From Octopus sinensis (lineage: Eukaryota), in the NCBI RefSeq assembly GCF_006345805.1, contig NC_042998.1, positions 40,796,001 to 40,860,000 of the forward strand: a stretch of DNA of 64,000 nt, read 5' to 3'. Position numbers and translations under genes: made by a program. The notes beneath the pieces were generated by a model that saw nothing but the letters and a program-made list of their open reading frames with translations, was not told the DNA's origin and did no database searches. The stretch's first letter is position 1, and each line of letters begins with the position of its first letter. This document shows positions 37,655 to 50,285 of this stretch, piece after piece.

Positions 37655-39560
37655 TCTTCATTTAATGTTTGCTTTCCATGCTGGCATGGGTTTTTACAGT
37701 TTGACAGAAAGCTGGTAAGCTGGTGAGCTGCACCAGGTTCCAATTTGATTTGGTATGTTTCTACAGCTGGATGCCTTTCCTAATGTCAACCACTCCAAGA
37801 ATGTAGTTAATGCTTTTTGTATGCCACTGGCATGTCACTTGGCTTGACAGATCTTCTCAAGCACGGTATATTGCCAAAGGTCTTGATCATTTGTCATTGC
37901 TTCTCTGAGGTCCAATGTTCAAATAGTGCTTTTTATGTGCCACTAGCATGGGTGCTAGTTACGTAATACTGGCATCGGCGATGACTATGATTTCACTTAG
38001 ATTGGCAGGTCTTCTCAAGCGCGACATATTACCAAAGATCTTGATCACTTGTCATTGCCTCCGTGAGGCCCAACATTTGAAGATCATGCTTCACCACCTC
38101 GTCCTATGTCTTCCTGGTTTTACTTCTTCCACAGATTCCCTCAGCCATTAGAGTTCAGAACTTCACACAGCTGTTGTCATCCATACATATCACATGACCA
38201 TACCAGTGCATTCTCCTCTTGCACACCACCTTTGATGCCTCTTATGCCCAACTTTTCTCTCAAATCCTAGCTTTATTTCTTTCAAGCCTACACATGTCCC
38301 AGGTAGTCTCAGCCCATGTTTCACTGCCGTGTAGCATGACTGTTCATACACAGGCATTATACAATCTACCTTTCACTCTGAGATAGAGGCCCATTGTTAC
38401 CAACAGAGGTAGGCACTCTCTGAACTTTGCCTCACCTGTTCTTATTCTAGCAGCTACGCTCTCAGAGCATCCACTCCTGCTACTGACTTGGTTACCTAGG
38501 TAACGGAAGCCATCGACTACTTTTCGTTTTCTCTCCTGGCATTTGATGAAGTCTATTTTCTGTACACTTTTAGTGCTAATTGCACCTTCCACATGCAACA
38601 GTGTTTTTACTTAAAAATGAACAACATATATCCTTGCATTTCTCTATCACTGTCATCTTTGTAAGTGTGCATATGTGTGTATCAGCATCATCATCATTAT
38701 TATTATTTAACATCTGTTTTTCATGCTGGCATGGGTTGGATGGTTTGACAGAAGATGACAAACTGGAGAGCTGTGCCAGGTTGCAATTGTCTGCTTTGGC
38801 TTGGTTTCTACAGCTGGATGCCCTTCCTAACACCAAACACTTTACTGAGTGTACTGGGTGCATTTTATGTGGAACCAGCATCAGCAGTCGCCAAGTAACT
38901 TATAAGACCTAGTTCAAAGAGGGAGTGGAACCAAGGAAAGTGGCTATGTACCTGGCAGGCAAGAGGTTAGAGTATGGCAAAGGTACAGAGATAGTTGTCT
39001 TGTTATAGATTATAAGGTAATTTGCATCATAGAACTTCAGTAGCCTACTCTCCTCCTCATTGCAGAACTGACTCCATAACCATAGAAGCTACCTGGATGC
39101 TGCCCAACATGCCCATTGAAGTGACCAGTCATGAATAGGTCACTCTCATTTGTCAACGAAGTAGTCTGCTGAAGGGTGTTAAACCAATCTTTCTATTCAT
39201 CTGGCAGCCTCTGTTGAGGAATATAGACAGAAATAATAGATGGTGTACTAATTTGCAAAACTAGTCTAAGCACAAGTATTCTATCACACATTCTAACTAC
39301 CTTGATCACTTTATCAATGCATTTCTCAGCAAGATGTTTGCTTACCAACACCATCACTGCCTATCATTGTCTACTCAGAAGATTTTATACCTTTGTTCTT
39401 TGCCTGTGAGGAACCTGGCAGAAGCTCCCCTCTACCTTACCTCTTGAATGCAACATACATCTACATCCCTTCGTTTCATCATCTCAACAATCTCACCAGA
39501 CCTACCTTTCAATGTGCCCAATCTGAGTATGCCAATTTTAAGTGGGAGGAAGGGGTGACA
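37655..39560 (-). mobile_element. Heavily deleted RTE LINE (APE N-terminus ~39560-39430, RT C-terminus ~38600-38090, 3' UTR ~37655) with another RTE 3' fragment nested at ~38690-38900
   Basis: GTLKGRSGEIVEMMKRRDVDVCCIQEVR (RTE APE) and FRYLG...ARIRTG..KFRE..PLL...VKGRLYNACV. Confidence 0.8.
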
Positions 39561-41278
39561 AGAAGAGACAGAAAGGTGAGAGACAACATTCTGCATTTGA
39601 AAAGGTTTGCATGAACATTTGCCAGATATGCTATATAGTTTCATATATATTTCATCCTGCATCTGATTTACCATCATTCATTCACTTCACACTTGCTATG
39701 TCTACCAAATGAAGAAAGAAGAGGGTGTAGCATAAACCATTGCATACACAGAGATAAAATAACAGCAGTAATTAACCCACTAGCAAGAACATTTGTCATA
39801 TTTCTAATACAAACATACTAGCTAAGCCTTTTTTATATTGTATTGTTGCTGCTTGTGAGCTGTTGTTGGCAGGAGGGAAGGGGCAGAAATGCAAGAGCGT
39901 TTTCCATACAGCTATCTGGTATAAACGGTTTCCATAAGAGAGACTTCCTGTATAGGTTGTGGGGTGGGATGGGAGGGCACACCACAAACAGCCAAGCTGT
40001 ATGGCTACACTGTGACTGAGTCACAGTAATGGGGAGGAAAGATATATCTGTTCATAGGCCAAAATGAAACTAATATGGAAAAAACAAAATGAAGAGGCAA
40101 AAACAGCACATATTTACTTGGATTAATTAACATAAATAATATTTAACACTTAGCTTAAAATAGTGAGGCTGTAGACATGGTAGAAGCAATTTGAATGGAA
40201 TAAAATGATGCTAAAATTAAAAACAAAGAAAAGAACAATCATCATTTAATGCCTGCCATCCATGCTGACATGGGTGAGATGGGTTGACAGGAGCCAGCCA
40301 GACAGAAGCCTGCACCAGACTTCTGTGTCTGTTTTGGTAGATTTCTACAGCTGGATGCCCTTCCTAACACCAACCACCCAGCAGAGTGGACTGAGTGCAT
40401 TTTAAGTGGCACCTGCACTGACAGGGTCACCAAGTAACTTGCATTATGAAGTTGCATAGCATTACCTTCTATTCTTTTAATATATATACAGCTTTATGCA
40501 TGGATGCATGCAGCACACACAAACTAGAAGTCCCATGAACGAAACAGGATTGTTTTCCAAAATGGAGGTGAACACCTTTCTCCATGTGATCAGCTTGAAA
40601 ACTTAAGATACTTGGATATTTTCCCACTCTTCATAACATGAAACCAATGATAGCCTTAATTCACAAATAAAGAAATTATTTATCCACCACTTGAGCAGTT
40701 ATTCCAATGTTCTACTTTTACATACATATATATATTGTTTACATTTTTCTGAACTTGATTCTGCTACTACTTTATGGCTGATTATCCAAATGGAAAAGCA
40801 ATGTATCTAATAATATTAAAATGTCCAAAATTGCAAAACTTAACCAAATAATAAAATTTTAATTTTTAAGTTGTCAGCTTCATCTTAGGAGATGGAACCA
40901 GTTTTAATAGCTATATCTCGCGTGTTTCAATCTCTGATTATCATTGTTTTATTAATGGGTAGTACCAAACAGGATTCTGGCTTGAACCATTTATTTCTAA
41001 ATCAGTTGCATTATTACCCTTAGTTTAAGATAAAATTTTCTCATTTGAATCCAGTGTAGGACTGTCTACACATCCAAGAATAGATACTTGATGACAACCA
41101 AGTGATCAGACTATTTGAAACTATTAAAAATGCTTTCATGTTTAAAGATATGGTTAACAGTCACAAAATTGACTCATTTCAAATGTTTTTAGACATTTAT
41201 CAAACTCATTTTTGAAATTGAAATAACTTATTTAAATGATTGTTGTTTTACAGTGTGCTTATTTTCTTTTTATTCTAG

Positions 41279-41415
41279 GTCTTTGCATTGTAGGTTACTT
41301 TTTGATAGATAACATCTTATCTATGGCCCTTGTTTTTTGAGGATTTTATATAATTGTGGATTTACACTACTGAGTTGGAAAAAATTTAATACTGATTAAT
41401 TGTCATTAATTTGAC
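41279..41415 (+). other. 5' UTR part of the ATG-containing exon of the dystrophin-like gene
   Basis: Polypyrimidine acceptor TTTTCTTTTTATTCTAG|G at 41278 (alternative AG at 41253). In-frame TAA at 41407-41409 upstream of the ATG. Confidence 0.55.
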
Positions 41416-41488
41416 ATGGAGAAATCTATGACAGAAACATTCCCTGAAGAAGATGAGGAATTTGGGCAGAAGATTAAATCACGTGCTG
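41416..41488 (+). CDS. Dys: First coding exon of a dystrophin/utrophin orthologue (MEKSMTETFPEEDEEFGQKIKSRA + phase-1 G)
   Basis: EEFGQKIKSRA-(D) resembles human utrophin NEFSDIIKSRS-D and fish dystrophin DEFGEIIKCRS-D (recalled from memory, not aligned). The phase-1 donor CTG|GTAAGA falls where that family splices to the ERED/EHND-VQKKTF exon. Downstream exon not in window. Confidence 0.72.
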
Positions 41489-41604
41489 GTAAGAAATAAT
41501 TTTTTTCTTTTTCTTCATTTGTATACTTTGAGATTTTATTTTGGATAACTTTTTTGTTGCCCTTATATCATTATTTGGTTTCACAAATTAATATTCAGGG
41601 AGAA

Positions 41605-41666
41605 GGCTGTCTACACCTATTTCAGGCTTGCATGTGGCTGGTGAGGCTGAAATAGAATTGGCAGCC
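41605..41666 (+). other. Intronic stem-loop of pre-miRNA size
   Basis: GGCTGTC/GGCAGCC basal stem, CTATTTCAG/CTGAAATAG 9-bp stem, CTTGC/GTGAG apical stem and ~9-nt loop. Confidence 0.4.
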
Positions 41667-43939
41667 ACTGTAGCAGCTGCAAATGAAATTCTATTCTTAG
41701 TTCAGTGCTACTATATCATGGTTTTTACCTCTGTCTCCTTTTGTCCAGAGAAGAATTCACCTTAGGGAGGTGATTTTGGTAAATTGTCCTACTTAGTACT
41801 GCGCTGCATCTTCAGTAGCATGGTCTTGATAATGATCTCTTCATGTTTGAGGACTTCAATATTAGTAACAAATCACTCCAATGGATATTGAAGAGAGTGT
41901 AGAGGTAGTGCTGTTGGAAGTAAGAGAATGCAAGCTCTACTTTACAAATATTCCTTCTTGGGAATATTTTGCAAGGCATAAAGATTTCCTGATCATAGTA
42001 TCAAACATTTTGATAAGGTTTACAAATATCACATAAGTCACATGTCCTGTTTCTTACATTTCTCTTGAAGCTACCTGAGAATAAATATCATATCAACTAA
42101 CTAAGCTTATGAAAAGGTGTTATAATCACATTGAAAGATATATGCAAACTTATTTTTCACTAATTGAAGTGGCAACTACTGTTCATGTGTTCCTGAGAGC
42201 CAGATTTGGTTCTTAGTTTTTCATTCTTTCTTAACAAAGAATTCTGTCAACAATAAATTTGTAGGTTTTCTTTCTCTCTATTCCAATTTAAAAGTACTGC
42301 GTGATAAACTTCTCTATTGTTATATATTGAAATACATATCACCAGATATTCACTTCTTTTAGGTTGCAGCTGCAAACATTACTATACTGTTTCCAATTAA
42401 ACAACACAGTATGGTTCCAACTTTATGAAGGGAAGAGCAATCCTTTGTTGGTCTAATTTTAATCTTATATTTAAAAGCAATTTGCTCGACCATACAAAAA
42501 TGATGCTCTGTCACTTAATCTCAGTAATCATTATGTATCTATAAATTGGCATACCATCAACTATTACATTGTGCAGGAACTGTTAGGTTCCACTTGCACT
42601 ACATGACCCTAAAGTTTGTACATTAATAAAATGTTTTGATGAACTGCTTTATCAGCTTGTGAATACATTTCAAGTCCAAGTTTACTGCTTTTTTTTGCTT
42701 TTAATATTTTTTTATATTTTCCTATGTATGTATGTATAAAATATACAATTATACAGTATGTGTGTGTGTATAATGTATATGTATGTGCATATGTGTATGT
42801 GTGGGTATTTATGTGTGTATATATATATATATATATGTGTGTGTGTATATGTAAAATGAACCTGTTGTATAGCCTTTGGGTTAGATATTTTCTAGATTTA
42901 GTTTGGAAATTGTTTCATGTAAGCGTATTTATATCTCTAAGTAGGTGTTATAATTTAATGTAAAGCATCTTGGAAGCATAAGAAAGAATGTGCAAGCTTC
43001 TGCTGGAATGTGCCTTTTTATTTGTTTTTAATTCTTTTTAAGGAAGGGTGTTTATTCTTTATATTATATAATTTTAAAAATTAATAAAGAATACTAATTT
43101 GGCTAATTATATTTTAATGAGATTTTAAATTGTAATTTGACACTTCTGTTGATTGTTAAGGAAAGGAAAAAGTGATAGATGAAGTAGGAAATTCAATATT
43201 TAGTTGTTCATATAATGTGAAATGTCGTATGGACAATGATATTCAAATGAAAGGTTATTCAGTGGTTGCCAGTAATTAGAGCATTGGTACAAAGTGAAAA
43301 AAGACTGTGGCATACTTCACTAAAATAAATGTAACACAGGTTTGAATGAATTGATTGATTAGATCTGTAACCCTTCTGTATAGAGAAAAATGTATAGGAA
43401 CACAAGTTTAATTAACTACATAATGAATTTTTTTAAATGTTTAATTGTTTTGCAATGAAATAAACTAGATAGAAACAATTAAAAATAATTTAGTTGTGAT
43501 TGTTTTGTGAAAGGCTTCATTTAGACATTAAAATTCTGTCTTGTGTGTATGAACATTGAAGAACATTAAATTTGTTTTATTCTTTAATTTAATGTCAACT
43601 AGACAGAATTTAGTGCAAATATGTAGAAATGTAATGCATATTTCATTTGTTTTTATGCTTGTTTCTCTATAATAGTATGGGTTAGGTGGATATATTATTG
43701 AGGTATTGTGTCTATCCTGTCACCTTTATCTACCTGTTTTCAAGTAAGAGATCTCTAATTTCAGACATCTTCAAATTTTGAAAGGCACAAAGCCAGTGGA
43801 TGATTTTTTTAAAGTGGGGAAATAGCAATGTCACTACTTATCTAGCTTAACAGTTTATGGAGAAGTGCAAATGTAAACACACATATAAGTATGCATACAC
43901 ACCACATACATACACACAGACAGAGAGACACATACACAT

Positions 43940-44075
43940 ATGACAGGCTTCTTTTAGTTTCTCTTGACCAATTCTACTTACAAGGCTTGGTCAGCTGTAG
44001 TTAGAAGACTCTTGTCCAAAGTACTGTGCAGTTGTGGGATTGAACTTAAAGCGACATGATTGGGAAGCATGTTGC
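43940..44075 (-). mobile_element. Degenerate SINE head
   Basis: Homologous to 23570-23720. Confidence 0.6.
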
Positions 44076-44589
44076 TAATACTAAAATTTGGAATCTATTT
44101 TTCTTTTTGTGGATATTTTAAATTTTGCAAAAACAATAATCTGTACTGCAAAAATGTTTTGGCTAATGCACAAGTCCTACCTAAATAACTTTTAGTGCAT
44201 TTCTGGTCTTTGGAAAACTGAAGAATGCTATTAAATCAACACAGTAAAGTACTTTCCAATTATCCACAGAAATCAGACAATTAAGATTAGATTGATGGGT
44301 GCATTAAAGAGTGTTTTATATAATTTATAAATCTGACTCTGAAAGGGAAAATTTTAAACTTCATTGTACATTAAGAAGAAAGAGGAATGATAGGGGGAGG
44401 TTAAAAAGATTGAAAGCATTATACAGGTGTTAATTAGGTAAAGTTGATATATTGTTAGAGAGGCAAAACAAGGAAGAAAGAGGCACAAAAGAAGGCTGAG
44501 TAGTATTCATTGTGTTCATATGTTTTTGCATATGTTATGCTCATAATAGAAAATACACTCACCTGTATAGAGACATAGGCACATTATAT

Positions 44590-45130
44590 AGGCATGGCTG
44601 TGTAAGAGGTATGCTACCCCACCACATGGTTCCAGGATCAGTCCTACTGAGTGTTGCCTTGGGTAAGTGTCTTCTACTATAACTCTGGGCCAACTAAAGC
44701 TTTGTGAGTGAATTTGGCTGATAGAAATTGAATGAAACCCATTGTATATTTGTATATAATAATAATAATGAAATTATTGTTTACAGTGCTCAGGTGCACC
44801 ACAACTTATCAAAAGTGCGTATAAATCATATGCAGTAATGTACAAATGTCTGGGAAGTGGACAGTGTATGAGTCAGATGCATGCTTGCGTGTGTATGGAG
44901 GGGAGAAAAGAACACATATCTATGTATGTGTTACTGTTTGTTCCCCACTACTGCTTGACAACCAGTCTTGGTTTGTTTACATCCCTGTAAGTTAGCAGTT
45001 CAGCAAAAGAGACCAATAGAGTAAGTACCAGGCTTAAAAGTAAGTGCTGTGGTCGATTCATTTGACTAAAGCCCTTTATGGCAGTGCCCCTGCATGGTTG
45101 CAGTTTAGTAACCAAAACATGTAAAAGATA
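44590..45130 (+). mobile_element. SINE interrupted by a CR1 3'-end fragment
   Basis: Head (TGGCTGTGTAAG...CAGTCC...CCTTGGGTAAGTG) at 44590-44750. The remainder (GCAAAAGAGACCAATAGAGTAAGTACCAGGCTT) resumes at ~44920. Confidence 0.7.
44755..44910 (-). mobile_element. CR1-type LINE 3' UTR fragment with (ATT)n tail
   Basis: Reverse complement of ~57100-57255. Confidence 0.8.
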
Positions 45131-45999
45131 TTTGTTTTTACTACTCTGTCATTGGACTATTGCCATACTGGGGTGCCATCTTCATGAATTTAGTCAATCA
45201 GTACTTAAGTCTGGTATTTATTTCAGCAACATAAAAATAATGCTTGTTTTCAAGCAGTGTAAATATAAATACTAATACACACACATATATTAATAAATAA
45301 GTTTGCACAGTAAATTCTGCTTTATGTATAATTTAATATTCATTGAGCTCCTCTATGAGCCATACCTGTATTTAGGTTGTGTACTTACACCTCTCCCACT
45401 TGCACATAAAGTTGAGGTGTCCTCTTAACTTCACATCTAAAGTTTTCTAGATGACATGACAACCTCTATGTGCTGGTGCTATGATAAAATACATCCAGTA
45501 TCCTCTGGATAAACTAAATCTGTTTTATTCTGCCTTTGTGTGTGTGTGCACGCGCGCGCGCGTGTGTGTAGAAACCAAAATTGAAGCATTAGAGCCAGAT
45601 ATGATTCTGTGATTACTTTTAGAGAAGAGTGATTCTAAATAAGGGCTAACTCAGCCTGTGGAAATTCATACAACCTATACTAGCTTGGAAAGCAAATTAT
45701 AAAAAGATGATTACATAGGTTTTTAAAAATGTTGTGTTATGAATGCACTTAATGGATCAGAACATGATAGGAAGTAACTGATAATGAAACAATTAGTGGA
45801 AAGTGGTATTAATTCAGCTTCTGATAACAATAGATAATGAAATGGTATTGATTAAGCTATAAATCATAATTTGATAAATTTTTAAATTGTTTATACTTAC
45901 ATGTAGTAATAGCAAAATTGGGCATTTTATATGTATGCATTTTTTTTCTTCATGCTAAAAAAATTATTTCATAGTGTGTGTGTATGTGGGTGGATGCAA

Positions 46000-46140
46000 T
46001 GTAGTTGTGTGTTAAGCTTCTCAATCGTTTGTTTTCACATTCAGTTCCACTGTGTATCATCTTGGGCTACTGACTTCTACTTTAGTCTTGGATCAATCAA
46101 AGCCTTGTGAGTGGATTTGGTTGACAGAAACCAAAATGAT
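46000..46140 (+). mobile_element. Degenerate SINE head
   Basis: AAAGCCTTGTGAGTGGATTTGGTTGACAGAAAC segment shared with other copies (also ~47480-47610). Confidence 0.6.
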
Positions 46141-46559
46141 GTACTGCACTTATCCATGCATAATGCTCCTTATGTATAATATGCAGTTTTGTTTTTAATG
46201 AGAAAAGAAATGTGTCCACAGTTAATGCATAGATTTGTTATTATTGCATGTATCGCTTTAAAAGATAAGAATTTTGTCAAATTATGGTTTTTATTTAAAT
46301 TAATATCTTTGCATTATCCACTATTGTCAGACTTCAAATTAACATCACGTTTGACATATTGTCCACTTGGATTTGTTTCATCAACATCAGTTTCTCCTTG
46401 CCATATAATATCATCTTCTACTCTACCAAATATTTTAGTAATTTGGCAGTTTTGAAACTTCATGTTGCATTATCTGTGAGATGGCCACAAAATGAATCTA
46501 ATATAAACATTGATTTTGGTTTAAGCAAAGCACCAGCATGATTCCAAGCCAAATGATTC

Positions 46560-46850
46560 TATTCCTCAACCATATTACTGCATTTTCAGTCCTTTTCATT
46601 AGCATGAGTAGTAATATATTTTCATATTTAATTCCTTTATGCTGTATTTTACATTTGGATATAGTATGAAGAGGCAGTTTACTACCATTAGAAGTTATAG
46701 CTAGTAATACCTGTACAATGCTATTTTCCATTGCTACCTGCACAAACAGTTTTAGTCTCACCTCAGTCAAGTGTCATATCAGCTGGTATCTCAAAATATA
46801 CTGGCATGTTTTTCTTAATTTGGTATAGAATAAATTTTTGTTCATAGTCT
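46560..46850 (-). pseudogene. pogo-like DDE transposase remnant
   Basis: VQVLLAITSNGSKLPL resembles the DDE_1 TV.L...ADG.KLPP motif; YFEIP lies upstream. Confidence 0.5.
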
Positions 46851-47620
46851 TTAGGCATATGTTGACACATAGTATTTCTACAACATACTGATAGAATAAC
46901 TATTTATAAAACATAGCAATTGAACATAGCCTTGAACTGAGAATTAGTAGCGAAATGTTTTAGTTTTAAAGCTTGAATATGCATCATTTCACAAAAATCA
47001 CAAAAATCTTTTTCAGGTTTGCTTCCTCTTCTTTATGCTACAAATGAATAGTGAATTCATTTAATTCCAAATTAAACAGTAGTGTAAATCTTAATTACCA
47101 CATCATTAAAAAATTGGGAGATAATTTGTTGCTGTGGTTATCTTTCAATCATTATTGTTACAATTATCTACCGTATACAGTGCTGGCAAAAGGTTTAATA
47201 GTTGTTCCTGGCCATGTTGCAGTGAATATAGGTCTACAACAAGCCAATCAGTTCTCATAACATTATGCATGTATTGATGATTTTTTTTTCTGTAGGATAG
47301 AAATATCTAATTAGATACTTTTCTTAATCCCAACTTAATCTGAGTAAAATGTGATTTAAAAAACACTCAACATTGTGAGAATTTTACTGTTTGTTTCTGC
47401 TTGTAAGTACTTTATTGAAGACAGTTTTTGTTGTTAACTGATAAATTTATTGATTAGATTTCATAAGTGCAGTATGATTTCTTGGCGAGCAGGTTCTGGA
47501 TTCAGTTCTACTGCATGACATCTTCAGCAAGTGTCTTCTACTCTAACCTCAAGTCAGCCAAATCAATGCAAGCAGATTTGGTAGATGGAAACTGAAAGAA
47601 GCCCATTGCATGTGCATGCA

Positions 47621-47654
<34 letters not shown>

Positions 47655-47664
47655 CATACATATA

Positions 47665-49342
47665 CTAGCAGAGGGACCCGGTGTTGCCAGGAAAGAAATT
47701 TTCCCTTATACATTGGGAGAAAAAAGCAAAATATGTTCTATAGAAATTTGTTATTCTAAATTCAATTTATTCTTTAGTTGGGATACAATTTTTTCTTTAA
47801 CTGGGAAATCCATGCTGAATTCATAATACAAAATAAAAATAATAATAGTAATAAACAAAAATACAAAATTTACTGTTACATATGTTGAAAGAAATTATGT
47901 AAGAGCTTCTGGGTAAACAACATACTTTGATTTTTGGTTTTGAGCATAGACAAATAAGTCTTGCACACTACCTACCCTGGAGCAACCAACAAAGTTGACC
48001 ATGAGAAAAGCAAGCCAGTAGATTTTAAAGACTGACCTTGAGTTTTATTAATAGACATTGCAAAGCAAAGTTGCACTGGGAATTGTGTTCATTTGAACTC
48101 AAAGGGCATGTCTGTTGGTTTGATTGGAATTCTTGGAACGAAAACCTCTTCCCCAGAGGTACCTCCAGTGATGATGGTAGCTTCTATCACATTAGGTGAT
48201 AATGTCTTCACAATCAACCTTGTCCCATTGCATAATTTAGGAGGATCTAAATTTCTTAGAAGCATTATTGGGACTCTTACCTTCAGAAAGAGTTTATGTG
48301 GAGGAATTCCTGGTGACTCAAGAGAATTAAGGAATTCTGTTGTTAATGGACAACTTGATTTTCATGAAGGACTGAATTAATTAATTTTTACTTCTTAATG
48401 ACTGTTGGTATCTTATTAATTCATGGTTAATTCTTGCTTCTGTCTCATTTTTTTGGAGTAAGAATTGCCCTTTCACAGAACCATTTATGTGAATTATAAT
48501 TATTACTTAAGTCTGGTTCTTCAATTCAGCTGGGGAATTCACCATGAAAGCAATATGAGCCAAACTGATATCACCATTCCCATCAAATGGTACTTTCCCA
48601 TTTCCTAATTGGAGGAGCCAGGTTGAAAACTGTTTTGCATCTTGGTCGCCATGTAATGAAGTTTGCATGTTAGTATTGGAGAATTTCAGTATTTTATTCC
48701 ATAGGTGTGAAGACTTAATGCATGCTTTTATTTCATCAGATCTTGTTTGTCTCAGAATGACTGGTAATGTCTGTCTGAAATCTCCTGATAAAACTAATGT
48801 AACTCCTCCCATAAATTTATTGTTACTGCTGATGTCCTGTAAGGTGTTACCAAGAGCTTCTATTGCACCTCAATGTGACATGGTGCATTCATCCCAAATG
48901 ATAAGGTGGCATTGGCACAACACTTCTGCTGAACTTGAATCTTTGCTTATGTCACAACATAGACTTTCACTTGTGACCAAGTGTAATGGTAATTTAAAAG
49001 CAGAATGAGCTGTTCATCTTCCTGGGAGAATGGTGGCAGCAAAGCCAGACAATAGTACAGCAACTGCAATTTTTTTGTTTTTGTTGCCTTACTTTGGAGA
49101 GAAGCAGTGTCACAAATGTTTTACCTGTGTCACCAGAAGCATCAATAAAGAATTCCTCTGCTTTTTTCTGTCGATTGTGGAACACCGCATGCATGCGTGC
49201 ACACACACACAGATACATACAGTATCAAACATCAGATGAAATGGACGTGTGTGTGTGTGTGTGTGAGAGAGAGAGTGAGTGAGTGAAGGAGTTTGTTGTC
49301 ATGTATAAATACATACATAAATAAATAGGCATACATTTTGTA

Positions 49343-49373
<31 letters not shown>

Positions 49374-50000
49374 CACTTAGACATCACTCTCTCTCTCTCA
49401 CACATACATACATAGAAAAAAGATATATGCATATATATTTATGTATGTACGCATACATGACAACACACTCCTTTACTCACACACTCCTTTACTCACACAC
49501 ACACACACCATACATAAATGTATACAAATGTACTTGCAAAAACACGTGTATGTATGTGGCTGAAAAAGAAAATAAAAAAAATTTACGTAAAATAACAAAG
49601 TGTGCGAGTTCCAACAAAATAATGCCCATATTTTTGGGAGGTCCCATGTTGAATTGCAAAATTTTAACGTGATATTTGTGTAATAAAGAAATCAACCTGG
49701 AGTGTGTGTGTATGTGTGAGAGAGAGAGAGTAAGAACATTGCAAACAATGAGTGAGGTGGACATGGAATGAAAAAATTGTATCAATAAAAGCATGTTGAA
49801 AACTATCTTATACTGAATATTTAAATTTGTGAACTTAGTAAATATTTCTTTCAGTAATTTATCATAGTTGTTTACAAATAGTGAAATAAAACTTGAAATG
49901 GAAACATTAAAATTAGACAGGAACTGACTTTGCCGTTTTTATGTCAATACCAGAAGTTGACATTGAGAAACTTTTTTAAAGAAGTGAATCTAATGTAGTA
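47665..50000 (-). mobile_element. Internally deleted Helitron retaining PIF1-helicase fragments
   Basis: Minus 3' end hairpin CCTGGCAACACCGGG then CTAG|T at 47668-47665. Helicase motifs FIDASGDTGKTF (Walker A-like), IWDECTM, GGVTLVLSGDFRQTLPV, FPVQLCFAMSINK and CSRVG. Confidence 0.9.
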
Positions 50001-50129
50001 ATAATCTAAGGTATATTTGTAGAGAATTTCATTTAAAAATATCCACTTTCTTGAAAGTTGAGATGAATTGAAGTAGACTCCGGTGAATTTTCAGAAATTC
50101 CTCACCCCCTCCAAAGACACTCTCCCCGG

Positions 50130-50285
50130 CTTCTTTCGGTTTCCATTTATCAAATCTACTTGCAGGATTTGGTCAGCCTGAGGCTATAGTAGTAGACACT
50201 TGCCTAAGGTGCCACACAGTGGGACTGAACCCAGAACCATGTGATTGGTAAGCAAACTACTTACCACACGGCCACTCCTACCTGG
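50130..50285 (-). mobile_element. SINE head
   Basis: Minus GGAGTGGCCGTGTGGTAAGTAG ... GGTTCAGTCCCACTG, same family as the 23.4 kb copy. Confidence 0.8.
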
